Origin: Porphyridium purpureum
Lineage: Eukaryota
Length of the DNA: 64,000 bases
Direction: 5' to 3'
Assembly (NCBI GenBank): GCA_008690995.1
Contig: VRMN01000001.1
Coordinates: 3,100,001-3,164,000, forward strand
The notes beneath the pieces are model-generated. The model saw only the letters and a list, made by a program, of their open reading frames with translations. It made no database searches and was not told the origin of the DNA. Below, in pieces: positions 10,560 through 20,418 of the stretch. The position numbers were made by a program, and so were the translations under genes. Within the stretch, counting starts at the first letter, position 1. Every line of letters begins with the position of its first letter.

Positions 10560-11582
10560 TTAGTCGTTTGGAATGTATCTGCACTTTGCCATGCCGATGG
10601 CGAGGAGGGGCAAGTCGACATACTGATCGAGATGATGAACGCGATTGGCGGAATCGAGCGTGGCCACGAAGGTTCCGCTAGATATCGCATAGCACTGCTT
10701 GTCAGTATCCATGAACTCAAACCCGAAGAAATCCCACGTCCACATGTCCAGCCCCAGCTGTCGTAGCGGTTTCGGGTGAGCCTTGTTCGTGGCGCCAGAC
10801 CAAACTCTTGCTTCTTGAATAGCGAATTCAAGCGTCACGTTGCGCATGAACGCTAGAAACTCTTGTTTGCCCGTGATTGTCGTGGCGCTATGCAGCACGT
10901 ACGTAATATTGTCCGCGCAAAGTCGGTCAAGGAGAGCAGTATCACGGTTTTGAAACGCAATCATAACATCTCGGGCGACACTTTCTGCCGTTGGATACCC
11001 GTTCATCGAGTCGAAGATCACACGCAGCTCGTCAACATTTACCAAGTACGAGTAGGACGTGAGCAAGCCGTCCCGATCTACAGATCCTACCGCAGTGGCA
11101 GGCACCCACGTTTGCTCGCCTGCAGACGAAAACCACAGTGAGAGCAGCGTCGCGTCGAAATGTGTTCCGGATACCGCCAATTTCTTGATGCGCGTCAACA
11201 CGCGTGTTATTTGCACGCCCGGCTCGATCAGCCGCGCTCGCACGTCGCGCTGGAACGCGCGTATGGGATCCAGGCCAACCCCAACATGCCCGAAAAGGCT
11301 AACCTTCGCGTCCGGCGCCAATGGAAGCCAAGCCAAGAACGCGTTTTTGTCGTGGCTGCCCTCACTGCTGAGATCCCCGATGATCGACTCTGTGAAAATG
11401 CGATCCATGTCCTGGAGCAGCAGAGCTACAGAATCTTGCGTTGGGGCGACGGGCGCGACGGGCGATCTCGAGCTCGGCGTCGCTTCGACGTTGCTTCTCC
11501 ACAACCGACTCCTCACATCCGAGACGACACCCATGACCACGATGACCTTGAGCACCCACGACGCCCACGCGCGGGACGCCAT
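10560..11582 (-). CDS. Secreted or membrane-anchored protein with NTF2/SnoaL-like domain(s)
   Basis: Hydrophobic N-terminus; 'AFQNRDTALLDRLCADNITYVLHSATTITGKQEFLAF' resembles the SnoaL-like fold start; an earlier similar segment (LAPDAKVSLFGHVGVGLDPIRAF) suggests two domains. Confidence 0.55.
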   Translation of the reverse strand: MASRAWASWVLKVIVVMGVVSDVRSRLWRSNVEATPSSRSPVAPVAPTQDSVALLLQDMDRIFTESIIGDLSSEGSHDKNAFLAWLPLAPDAKVSLFGHVGVGLDPIRAFQRDVRARLIEPGVQITRVLTRIKKLAVSGTHFDATLLSLWFSSAGEQTWVPATAVGSVDRDGLLTSYSYLVNVDELRVIFDSMNGYPTAESVARDVMIAFQNRDTALLDRLCADNITYVLHSATTITGKQEFLAFMRNVTLEFAIQEARVWSGATNKAHPKPLRQLGLDMWTWDFFGFEFMDTDKQCYAISSGTFVATLDSANRVHHLDQYVDLPLLAIGMAKCRYIPND

Positions 11583-12694
11583 TCTTCTCCGCCTGAGCGC
11601 GCACGCACGCGCGCACGCACGCATCGCGCAGCACCGACAGATCGCAAACCACGGGGCGAGCAAGCGAGTCGGTGAGAGTCTATTTCAGTCCGCGCCCGTA
11701 CGACTTTCAGCGCCAACCCTACAGCCCTTACCATCACCACCGTACCAACCCCATGTCATCCTCAACCCAAGCGACCAACACGACTGCAGCAACGTCGAAA
11801 CCCGGCATCCTCCCTCACTCCAAGAACAAAACAACAGCTCCCAAAAACACGCACACACAGACACTGCGACGCGGCGCAATCCTCCATTCCTCCATAATAC
11901 ACCTATCCATCCCTACGGGCTCGCGCCGCACACATCCGCTCGCTTCAGCCCCGTTGCGCTGTAAACGTTAGCCCGCAAGAAGTACACACTGTAAACCCGC
12001 GTCTCAGTAGTGAAATTCGGCTAATGAAAGGCATGATTGCTGCATAGAAGAAGGTTTCAGGTCGACCTATGGACGCCGGGTTGGTCGCTTACATGATTTC
12101 CTTGTTGTTCTAACGGTGACTCGTTGTACTTTATTGGCTCGGGTAGAAAATACGAAGCGCAAGCCATTCGGCATGCGCCGTTAAGCCGAGAGACCTGTGA
12201 CGTGAACCGTTTAAAGCCACGGTATCGAAGGACAGCGCGCACGCCCGGCCTCGATGTGGCCGCGCAGTGTGCTGCTGAAGTCACCGGGTCTGGGCTCACA
12301 GTGACAAACTCATCAACGTGTTACGCTGAGGGTAAGAATGTTGCTTTGACTTTCACGCGAACGAATTGGTCCGGCGTCATGAACTCACTGCAAGAGCTTG
12401 TGAAGCCTTTCGCTTAATTACATAAATGAGTCACGGACAGGCGTTTATAAAACCCCCGAGGTGCTTAGCCACGTCTGTCACGGGAATCCGCTTGAACGCC
12501 GTTTCTGCGCATGTGCCTCGGGTTCCAACTCGTCTTTCTCGTAAGGCTAAATGATTTTACCCAAGGTAAATCTCGAGAAGATAAAAAAGAAAGAAAAAAA
12601 AGACAACACGCAACTTTTGGCGCACGGGTTGTTGCAGCAGCTTTGACGTTCCGTATCAGATACCATGCACGTAAAGAGCGGCACAGCGGTGGAT

Positions 12695-13192
12695 ATGGCG
12701 TTTGTCTTGATGGGTGGCGCGCTCGGAGCACCCGGGACCTGCGCACGCAGAGGTCATGCCGCCACAACGACGAAAAATGCGGTTGGCTACCTCCGCCCAA
12801 AAAGGACCGCACGACCGCGCGCAGCGTGCCATGAAATACCGTCGGCAAAGTCGCGCACGCAGAGTATGTCCATGTCGCTGGAGCCAGCGCGATATGATAT
12901 CATAGTCGAATACTGCCCTGGGTGCCAGTGGATGCTGCGCGCGGTCTACTGGAGCGGGGAAATTCTGCAGACGTTTCAGAACGAGTCGGGTCTCCGGCAG
13001 GTGAGTGTACGACCGTCTCCTGTTAGCGGCACCTTCCAGATCCGGGTGTGCGATGGGCGCGCAGAGGATGAGGATGCGGAGATAGTTTGGGACAGAAAAA
13101 CCGACGCCGGATTTCCTGAAGTCAAGCTGCTCAAGCAGCGAATTCGGGCAATTATCGCACCGGAAAAGTTACTTGGGCACTCGGAGGCTTGA
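12695..13192 (+). CDS. Rdx family (SelT/SelW/SelH-like) CxxC redoxin with probable plastid transit peptide
   Basis: IIVEYCPGCQWMLRA, GTFQI, WDRKTDAGFPEVKLLKQRIR...LGHS; N-terminal MAFV... Ala/Arg/Thr-rich extension before the domain (which starts near 12866). Confidence 0.85.
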   Translation: MAFVLMGGALGAPGTCARRGHAATTTKNAVGYLRPKRTARPRAACHEIPSAKSRTQSMSMSLEPARYDIIVEYCPGCQWMLRAVYWSGEILQTFQNESGLRQVSVRPSPVSGTFQIRVCDGRAEDEDAEIVWDRKTDAGFPEVKLLKQRIRAIIAPEKLLGHSEA

Positions 13193-13209
13193 TGAAGCGT
13201 TCTTTCTCT

Positions 13210-14610
13210 TTACTGATTCGTTTTGGTGTTTTGTTCATTGTTCCGCCTCTCCAGTACCGCGACTCCGCCTCGCAGGCCCGCCACCATGCTCAGAACACGC
13301 GCTCCTGTCCAGTCTGCCCTTATGCGCTGCGGAACGCACGCATGCTGTCGAGTGGCTATGCCAAGCTCGAAATCTCTATTCTCACCAAAAGACCAGATCC
13401 CGTCGAAAAGGCCCGGAGAGATTTTACCCCACACAAGCGAGTGGTTACCGCTCGCAGCAATGTGAACAGGCCGCACTTCGGTGAAGGCCCGTTCGGCCAC
13501 GGATGCAGACGATGTGGTCGATTCCGCGCCCTCATCGAGTCTTTCGATGAGGGCTGGCTCAACTATGTGCGTGTAGTTATGGTGCGCGCAGGCACCCCAC
13601 TGATTCAACCCGAAACTGACCACACTTCCGTCAGCGCGCATGACCAACGTGTGGTGATCCCCAAGCGCGACATCCACCACTGCGGAGCGCAGGAAGGGAT
13701 GCTCGACTTGCCTCGGAACAAAGTCCAAATTTACCCTTGAGCTCTTCGACATCAGAGCCGCACTGGGCGCTCTGTAGTTTTCAAAAGTGTACCACTGTGC
13801 TAGAGACTTTGAAAAGTGCTTCTGCATCTCGGGCGAATCTTCTAGATCCGGCGCCGCATTCCATGGCGGACGGGCAAGCTGACCCCACGTGTTCCTGCCG
13901 CACATCCACAGCGCGCCGTGCTGGTCCACAATGCCCGTATGCTCAAGGCCGCATGATGCACGCTCTGCTTTGATCCCAGCAGGCAACTCCATGAGCTGAG
14001 GCTCGCTGACAGGAGGCGACTTCTCAGACAGAGCCCCACGCCCCAGTGATGGATACAGCGCCTTCACGGCTTCCTCCTTATCGACATTGCTCCAACTCAC
14101 AAGCTGACCTTTCGAACCAACGCTCACACAATGCGAGCGTGAGCAATTCACTTGCACGGCGTGTATGCTTTGAAGCGCGCCGCGCAGTGTTTGGTGCGTC
14201 TGTGAAGCTGCGACGCTTGCGTCTCCCTGCTTAGACTTGTCAGAAAGGCTATGTTGAACGACAGATCCGTTTTTTAATACTGCAACGATCTGTTCATTCT
14301 GTGGGTCCATACCCGTGACCGCTACATCAACGACGGTTCGGCCAATGTCGACCTTGCGGCACGCTGGTGTACTTGTTCCCAGATCAGAACCAGAAGCCTC
14401 CTTTGGTATCGACTGCACGTACATGTTCCCCGCCGCCGTAAGTCCGACCACGTGTGCCTGACCAACTGCGACTTTTCGCACCGCGTCATCTGGCGGGACG
14501 CCGTCGAGCACCTGCCGATGTTTTCTACTGCCAAAACCCCACACCCATACTTGCGTTGCTGCGGCGCTTTCCAGATCGCCGCGGCCAAACAGCCAGTTCC
14601 ACACGCCCAT
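13210..14610 (-). CDS. RCC1-repeat protein
   Basis: RCC1 repeats (VAVGQAHVVGLT, SCGLEHTGIV...CGRNTWGQL, VALGDHHTLV...FGLNQWG, SFGENRDFELG); likely start MGVWNWLFG at 14610. Confidence 0.85.
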   Translation of the reverse strand: MGVWNWLFGRGDLESAAATQVWVWGFGSRKHRQVLDGVPPDDAVRKVAVGQAHVVGLTAAGNMYVQSIPKEASGSDLGTSTPACRKVDIGRTVVDVAVTGMDPQNEQIVAVLKNGSVVQHSLSDKSKQGDASVAASQTHQTLRGALQSIHAVQVNCSRSHCVSVGSKGQLVSWSNVDKEEAVKALYPSLGRGALSEKSPPVSEPQLMELPAGIKAERASCGLEHTGIVDQHGALWMCGRNTWGQLARPPWNAAPDLEDSPEMQKHFSKSLAQWYTFENYRAPSAALMSKSSRVNLDFVPRQVEHPFLRSAVVDVALGDHHTLVMRADGSVVSFGLNQWGACAHHNYTHIVEPALIERLDEGAESTTSSASVAERAFTEVRPVHIAASGNHSLVWGKISPGLFDGIWSFGENRDFELGIATRQHACVPQRIRADWTGARVLSMVAGLRGGVAVLERRNNEQNTKTNQ

Positions 14611-14852
14611 GGCGGCGTGATGCGAAACGTGTGCGCTTGGACCTCGTTCGTCCGCCTTCTCGCAACCATTGGCGGCGGAGAAGGGAAGCGTTTCCAGCGG
14701 CTTCTTGACGTCCAGCTCGACGATGCACGGCTGGCACAGTCGCAAACTGTACCTCTTCACGGGCTGTACCCCTTTCGTGATCCTGGAGGTACTGCGCTTC
14801 GGCACACACGAATGCGGGACCAGAGCTGGGGCACGGAAGACGCAGAATCCAG

Positions 14853-16388
14853 CTATTCGAGCTCGCGCACAATGTTGGTCATCTTGTCTGGCACGTGTGG
14901 AATCGCACCCGGCTTGGAGTGCGCAGCAAGATTGAGGTTCTTCCGGCGCGCACTGTCCTTCATGACCTTCTTCATGTTCTGCATTCGATGAATTGGACGC
15001 GGAAGGAACTTGTTCTTCAAAATACGCCGCACGCTTGGCACGTGCTGGAAGCGCTTTTTCAGCTTCTCGGCATAGTCGATTGCGTCGCGCTCCCTCGGCA
15101 ACTGCGCCTTCGTAGGTATTGACGCGTGCGCCTTCCACAGGCGGATGTCGCCGTCGTCGCTCGCGGACATCACCATCTGTGCGTCCGCGCTGAAATTGAC
15201 TCCGAACACGCGCTGCATGCGCCGTGTGTAGTACGCCTCTCGTGAGCGGCGACCAAACTGCTCGTCACGCAGGTCAAACAGCCTGACCGTCTGATCATAA
15301 CTGCCAGTGACAATCTCGGTGCCTGTTGGGCTGTAGTCCAGGTCCATTACCGCGCGCACGTGGTCCGTGTGAATACCTTTGGCGCGGGACAACTTGCGCA
15401 TATCGTACGTGTACACATTGTGATCCTCATTCGCGACTGAAAAATTGAATGCCTCAATGGGGTTCCACGCCACCGCGTTGGAGCGCATGCTCAGCACGAG
15501 CTTGCGCACGGGCGTCTTGAGCCGCACGTCGTAAATCACAATCGAACGGTCTGCACCCAGCGAAGCGAGTAAGTTTTGCTCCACCGGGTTGTACCGAACC
15601 TTGTGCACTGCGTCCGCGCCCCATGATAGGCGCTGGATTGGCTTGGACCGCCCCACGTCCCACAATTCCACTGCGTCACTGCTGGTCACAAACAAGCTCG
15701 GATCTCTCCAGTGGGCGTCCACTGAACTCAGAGGCATCGATGCCATAAATACGTGCGACGGCACCATCCGATTCCTGTGTTTGAGACCCCCTTCTGCCTG
15801 CCCCAAAGGTGTGTGAAGACGAGGAGACAGAAAGGATTCTCCAGCGCTGGATCCTGCCATATCTCCATTCTTCCTCACTGCCGCGCCAGGAATTCTGCTC
15901 CTGTAGTCATAGTCATCCAGCATGTTTTGTTCGTCGCGGCGTTCGGTCAAGTCGACGTCCCACAATTTGACGGTGCGATCGTCGGCACACGACAGAAACA
16001 TGCTGGGTATTGCGGTGAACACGACGTCACGAGCAAAGGCCTCGTGCGCTGAATGATGAATCCATCGAGGCTCCTTTGTCACCAAATTCCAGACGGCGAC
16101 CGCGCCGTCGGCCGCGCAGGACAATGCATGAGCTGTCGAAACTCGTGAACGTTTCACGGCGTACGGACTATCCACGTGCACACTCAGAGCCGCCAAAAAC
16201 GGCTTTGCAAACACGCGCTCCAGCTTGGCCGCGTTCAGCGCGCGCTTCTGCTCCACCGCACGTTCCATGGGGTGCAGCTTGGGATCATAATTGTACTGCT
16301 GGCGTCGAGGCGCGGCAGACGAGCTGCCGCGCCCATCCAACTCGCCCGTCCATTCAATTTCCGACCGCGACAACACCTTTACTTTCAT
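14853..16388 (-). CDS. DCAF13: DCAF13/Sof1 WD40 U3 snoRNP (SSU processome) protein
   Basis: MKVKVLSRS, YDPKLHPMERA...RALNAAKLERVFAKPF, WNPIEAFNFSVANEDHN, YYTRRMQRVF and a Sof1-type C-terminus. Confidence 0.95.
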   Translation of the reverse strand: MKVKVLSRSEIEWTGELDGRGSSSAAPRRQQYNYDPKLHPMERAVEQKRALNAAKLERVFAKPFLAALSVHVDSPYAVKRSRVSTAHALSCAADGAVAVWNLVTKEPRWIHHSAHEAFARDVVFTAIPSMFLSCADDRTVKLWDVDLTERRDEQNMLDDYDYRSRIPGAAVRKNGDMAGSSAGESFLSPRLHTPLGQAEGGLKHRNRMVPSHVFMASMPLSSVDAHWRDPSLFVTSSDAVELWDVGRSKPIQRLSWGADAVHKVRYNPVEQNLLASLGADRSIVIYDVRLKTPVRKLVLSMRSNAVAWNPIEAFNFSVANEDHNVYTYDMRKLSRAKGIHTDHVRAVMDLDYSPTGTEIVTGSYDQTVRLFDLRDEQFGRRSREAYYTRRMQRVFGVNFSADAQMVMSASDDGDIRLWKAHASIPTKAQLPRERDAIDYAEKLKKRFQHVPSVRRILKNKFLPRPIHRMQNMKKVMKDSARRKNLNLAAHSKPGAIPHVPDKMTNIVRELE

Positions 16389-17686
16389 AGCCTCAGTCTC
16401 CGCGGTGAACTGAGTCACCCACCTCCACAGCTCAGCCGCGACACGTCCGCAGTGCCCCTCCAGACTCAGCCCGTTCAACCCGCGTCACCATCGACAACTC
16501 GGCTGCACGCCGTCCCGCCCGCGTCAACCTCACCCGACCGCGGAGGTACAGTATGAAAAACAAAAGAAGTGTACACCCAGCGGGATCAGCGCGAGCTTCC
16601 GCGCGAAAGCAGGTGACTGCGGGGTCGCTTCAAGCGGACCAGCTGGCTGAATGTGCTACGGCATGGAAAAAGAACCAGAGAGGGTGCAGCATCTGCGGTG
16701 ACACCATCGTGTCGTGAACAGTCCGCGCCGGATGCTGGGTTCCGCAAATTCAGTGGTCTAGGGAAGACATGGACCATGAGCACGCTTCCGCCAAGCGAAA
16801 TGCTCAACGAGCTGAATAGGTGCGAACGGGTGGTGTCTGGGGGAAAAAGGACGGCGCCTAGCCCCGAAAAGGCCGGGATGCTCAACTTTCCTGACACGCG
16901 CGGCGTCATCGAAGCGCTGTAATTGGCGCCTCTGAAAATCCTAGTCGCTTAGCAATGCGGCTGTAAAACGCAGCGGCTTGTCACGCTTTTCGGCGAATGA
17001 AGCGGGGAAAACTATATTCAAGACGAACAAAATTAATGCATGATATCTGAAGAGCTGTGGAAAGAGAAGCCATGCACGCCTAGCACAGTATGGTCAAGGT
17101 GAAAGCGAAAGTGGTCTGCAAGCATGACCGCTACCGTTTGTCTGGAATAATAACGCCTGAACAACAAAAGTGAAAGGAATTCCGCCTCTCGTTGCGTCAC
17201 TTTCTCCAACAAGAAATCTCGGAGGAATTTGATGCGCGACATATTGAAGGTCAGTAAGAGATAAACGCAGAGAGCGAGATGAGTACTGAGCGGAACGCCC
17301 ACTATATAGCTCCCGCGGAGTAAACTGTGAGAGCTGTGCATCGTATTTTCTGGGACAGAGATCCAGAGGAGGCATTTGCACTCGTGAAAATGTATTCCCC
17401 AGAGGATAAGGGGCTTTTATTTTGGGCTTACACCCTGCTTTTTAGAAGCTGATACTTCGTCTGTACCCTTGTCGAGATCGGTGGCACGGGTGCGGCCTTT
17501 GCACCGTAAAGCTTGTTCTTGGATGCTTGCTGACGCATCGTGGTTCATTTCGCAAGAAACAGCACGCTCGTCGAGGCAGTCAGCGGGCGTTTGGTGCTTC
17601 GAACACCCCGTGTTGAGCACATACACCGCGCTCTCAACTCGCCCGTCCGTCACAGGCCCGACGAACACTGAGTGTAAATTTACCTC

Positions 17687-18844
17687 ATGCGGTACAGCGA
17701 TTCAAGCTCCCCGCACATGCGACGTGATCTCGGGCGCCGAGCTGGGGAGACCATGAGAGTCACGATGGACACTTTATCAAAGCGCGAACCGGATATCGAC
17801 GTGAGGAAAGTAGGCGCTCCGGCCGTCGACACGCCTACACGCCGAAATGAGTCCGGTACCACGGACCGGAAGACGCTGTGGAAAGCGGCGATCAAAGTGC
17901 CGATGTATACCGTGGCTCTGAGCCCTATGGTTGTTGCCACCGCGTGCTGTTACTACGATCATGGCGTGGTGAGCTGGACCACCTTGGCAATGCTGCTTGG
18001 CGCTGGTGTGGCAATCATTGCGTGGCTGAATGTGTCCAATGATGTCTTTGATTTTGAGACGGGCATCGATAAGAATAAGCGTGAGTCGGTGGTCAATCTG
18101 CTTGGCGGGGACCGCCGCGCGCGGAATACTGGGATGCTTATCGCGCAGCTGTTTCTGCTAGTTGGTCTGCTTTTGCTGATTGGAGTATGCTACGTGCCAC
18201 AGGCAAAAGCGTTTGACTGGACGCCACTTGTGTTGATCCTTTTTGCTGTCGGGTGGGGCTATTCTTACCAGGGCCCCCCGTTTCGGCTGGGTTATTACGG
18301 CGTGGGCGAGCCTATCTGCTTCATGACGTGGTTCATATCAACTTGCGCAGCATACTACGCACAGGCGCCCTCCGCTGACGCCAGGAGCATTGAACAAGGC
18401 CTGCGCTACCTGTGGTCTCAGCTTGGTCCCCGTGCAAACAGCAGTCTTATGCTCGGCGCGCTCCAAGTGTCGACAGTAACTACAATCATTCTGTTCTGTT
18501 CACACTTTCACCAGGAAAAGGACGATTTGGCCGCCGGCAAAAGGTCGCCCATTGTGCGTTTGGGTCTCTACAAGGCGTGCATGGTGCTCACAGTCGCATG
18601 CGCGTTTCTGCACGTGTGCGCGCTCGCTGGCACGCTCTACAGAGACTACCTGGTATGGCCGTTTGTGATAGTCACGATCGCGACGCTACCGGCAACGCGC
18701 GACCTCATTCTCTTTGCTTGGACGAATTATGCCGAGCCAGAGAAAATTCGACCGCTCAAGTACTACGCAGTGGTTCTGAATTTCTGCTACTCGATGGTCC
18801 TGAGTGCGGCTATGATACTAACTCGCAAATACCTCATCCAGTAG
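17687..18844 (+). CDS. menA: DHNA prenyl(phytyl)transferase, UbiA family (phylloquinone/menaquinone synthesis)
   Basis: LWKAAIKVPMYTVA, WLNVSNDVFDFETGIDKNK, YQGPPFRLGYYGVGE, FCSHFHQEKDDLAAGKRSPIVRLG: cyanobacterial/plant MenA motifs; multiple TM helices. Confidence 0.92.
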   Translation: MRYSDSSSPHMRRDLGRRAGETMRVTMDTLSKREPDIDVRKVGAPAVDTPTRRNESGTTDRKTLWKAAIKVPMYTVALSPMVVATACCYYDHGVVSWTTLAMLLGAGVAIIAWLNVSNDVFDFETGIDKNKRESVVNLLGGDRRARNTGMLIAQLFLLVGLLLLIGVCYVPQAKAFDWTPLVLILFAVGWGYSYQGPPFRLGYYGVGEPICFMTWFISTCAAYYAQAPSADARSIEQGLRYLWSQLGPRANSSLMLGALQVSTVTTIILFCSHFHQEKDDLAAGKRSPIVRLGLYKACMVLTVACAFLHVCALAGTLYRDYLVWPFVIVTIATLPATRDLILFAWTNYAEPEKIRPLKYYAVVLNFCYSMVLSAAMILTRKYLIQ

Positions 18845-18973
18845 TCATAAAATTCATGCTATGCGCACCATATTCCGTGGAAGGCCACAGCGCAATCTTT
18901 CTCGCACCGTGTGGATGAAGTACCGACCGAAGCGTCTGGGTTGTGACTAGATCACGCGCTGAACGGGACTTTT

Positions 18974-20167
18974 TCACACCTCCGCGTCATTCTCGTGCAT
19001 GGTGCGAGCTATGTATTCGTGATGATCGTCTGCTTGTACGAGTGCATCGCGCAGCGCTTTGAGCAGGCCTTCCATGCCGAACATTAGGCTTTGGTCTCGC
19101 TGACCGAAGCTCGGCAAGCTGTGCACGAAATCAATCAAGCGCACGGTAACGCTTGGGGCCGTGTCGTGCTTTGATGCTTCCTCGCCATCAAACGCGATGA
19201 GCAGCGAGCCGGAGTAAATGAGCAATAGTGCCTGGTCGCGCACAAAGCGATCATAAATCCTGCTCACGGCGTCGACTACTGCTGCCAGCACATTCACACG
19301 AACTTGGGTGCCGTCATGGAAAAATAGCAGCAGTTCTGCAACGATCTCGCTTTGCTCGAGGGAACGATGTGCGTTCTTGCGGCGCACAAAGCTGCGTTGG
19401 AGATGAGTGTCGTAGCCTGCCATCCCGCTCAACCGAAACCCGAGCGAAGCCGATGTCGTACGCATTGCTTTCTGCAAGTGTTTGGATGATTTAGCCACAG
19501 AAGACGTAGGCTCATACTGTTGCGTACCCAGTTTGATATCCAGTGCGCACGGCCGCTCAAACGGCAGCATCAAGTTTTCCATGCACAAATATAGTCTCGA
19601 CGAGGGTCGGGCTTGTTCCGATGTTTTGTGTTTCGAATCGTCTTCGCCAAAATCTACTTGTTCTGCGCTGGCAAGTTCCTGCAGCTGTCTCCGTATCCGC
19701 TCGAACCGCCTCATCCATTGAATCTCATCTGAACGTTCCACAAGTGCAGAATCGCCCACCTTTGGCCTTTTCGGCGCATGTGTGGGAGACTGGGACTCCA
19801 GTTCTGGCTCTTGCAGATGTTCGGCGCACAACGGAGTGTTTGCCTGAAAGACCGACGCCTCGACTTCTTCACGCAGCCCAAAGAAAGAAGGCACAAACGA
19901 CTGAAGTTCTTGTATATGCGGCGGTATGTGCGCACCCTGCGTTTCTTCACTGCCTTTAAACAAGCATCTGTAGAATGCGAACTCACCGACGCTGTATGGC
20001 TTCAACAGTGTGGTGCCGTTATCCGCCGGTTCGGCACGGATCGCTCCGTGTCCGGCCACTTGCAGCACTTGGGCCACCGGAGTCACCGGAGTGACCGAAG
20101 CCACCGGAACCACCGGAACCACCGGAACCACCGGAACCACCGGGACATCCGTCTCCTTGAGAGGCAT
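18974..20167 (-). CDS. Inositol polyphosphate kinase (IPK/IPMK/IP6K family)
   Basis: PCALDIKLG (PxxxDxKxG), SASLGFRLSGM, YSGSLL, VRLIDFVH motifs. Confidence 0.9.
   Translation of the reverse strand: MPLKETDVPVVPVVPVVPVVPVASVTPVTPVAQVLQVAGHGAIRAEPADNGTTLLKPYSVGEFAFYRCLFKGSEETQGAHIPPHIQELQSFVPSFFGLREEVEASVFQANTPLCAEHLQEPELESQSPTHAPKRPKVGDSALVERSDEIQWMRRFERIRRQLQELASAEQVDFGEDDSKHKTSEQARPSSRLYLCMENLMLPFERPCALDIKLGTQQYEPTSSVAKSSKHLQKAMRTTSASLGFRLSGMAGYDTHLQRSFVRRKNAHRSLEQSEIVAELLLFFHDGTQVRVNVLAAVVDAVSRIYDRFVRDQALLLIYSGSLLIAFDGEEASKHDTAPSVTVRLIDFVHSLPSFGQRDQSLMFGMEGLLKALRDALVQADDHHEYIARTMHENDAEV
20074..20145. repeat. 9-bp coding minisatellite (CACCGGAAC-like) encoding VPV/TPV repeats in the IPK N-terminus
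   Basis: Direct tandem repeats visible in the sequence. Confidence 0.85.
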
Positions 20168-20418
20168 GACCGGAGGTATGCGGGGGCGTCAGGTGGCGGA
20201 AAGGTGGAATGGTACTTTGCCTCGCCAATGCCGTGTCAAATCTGAAAGAGGAAAAGGAGTAGATCCCGGTGTGATGTAGGTCTGCGAAAGAGTTGCGGGT
20301 CGTTGGTTATGCGGCAAGCGCGCTCAGCTGTAACTGAAGCGGCTAATCGTAAAAACGGCCCCTTCTGCGCTTGTAAGAGATACGATTTGACAAGAACATG
20401 AATAATAAACCAAATTTT

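Noticed and set aside
14611..15138. Long N-terminal extension of the RCC1 ORF overlapping DCAF13
   Set aside because: It is an alternative frame of the DCAF13 3' end; the ATG at 14610 and a GTACAGT motif at 14746 fit a shorter gene.
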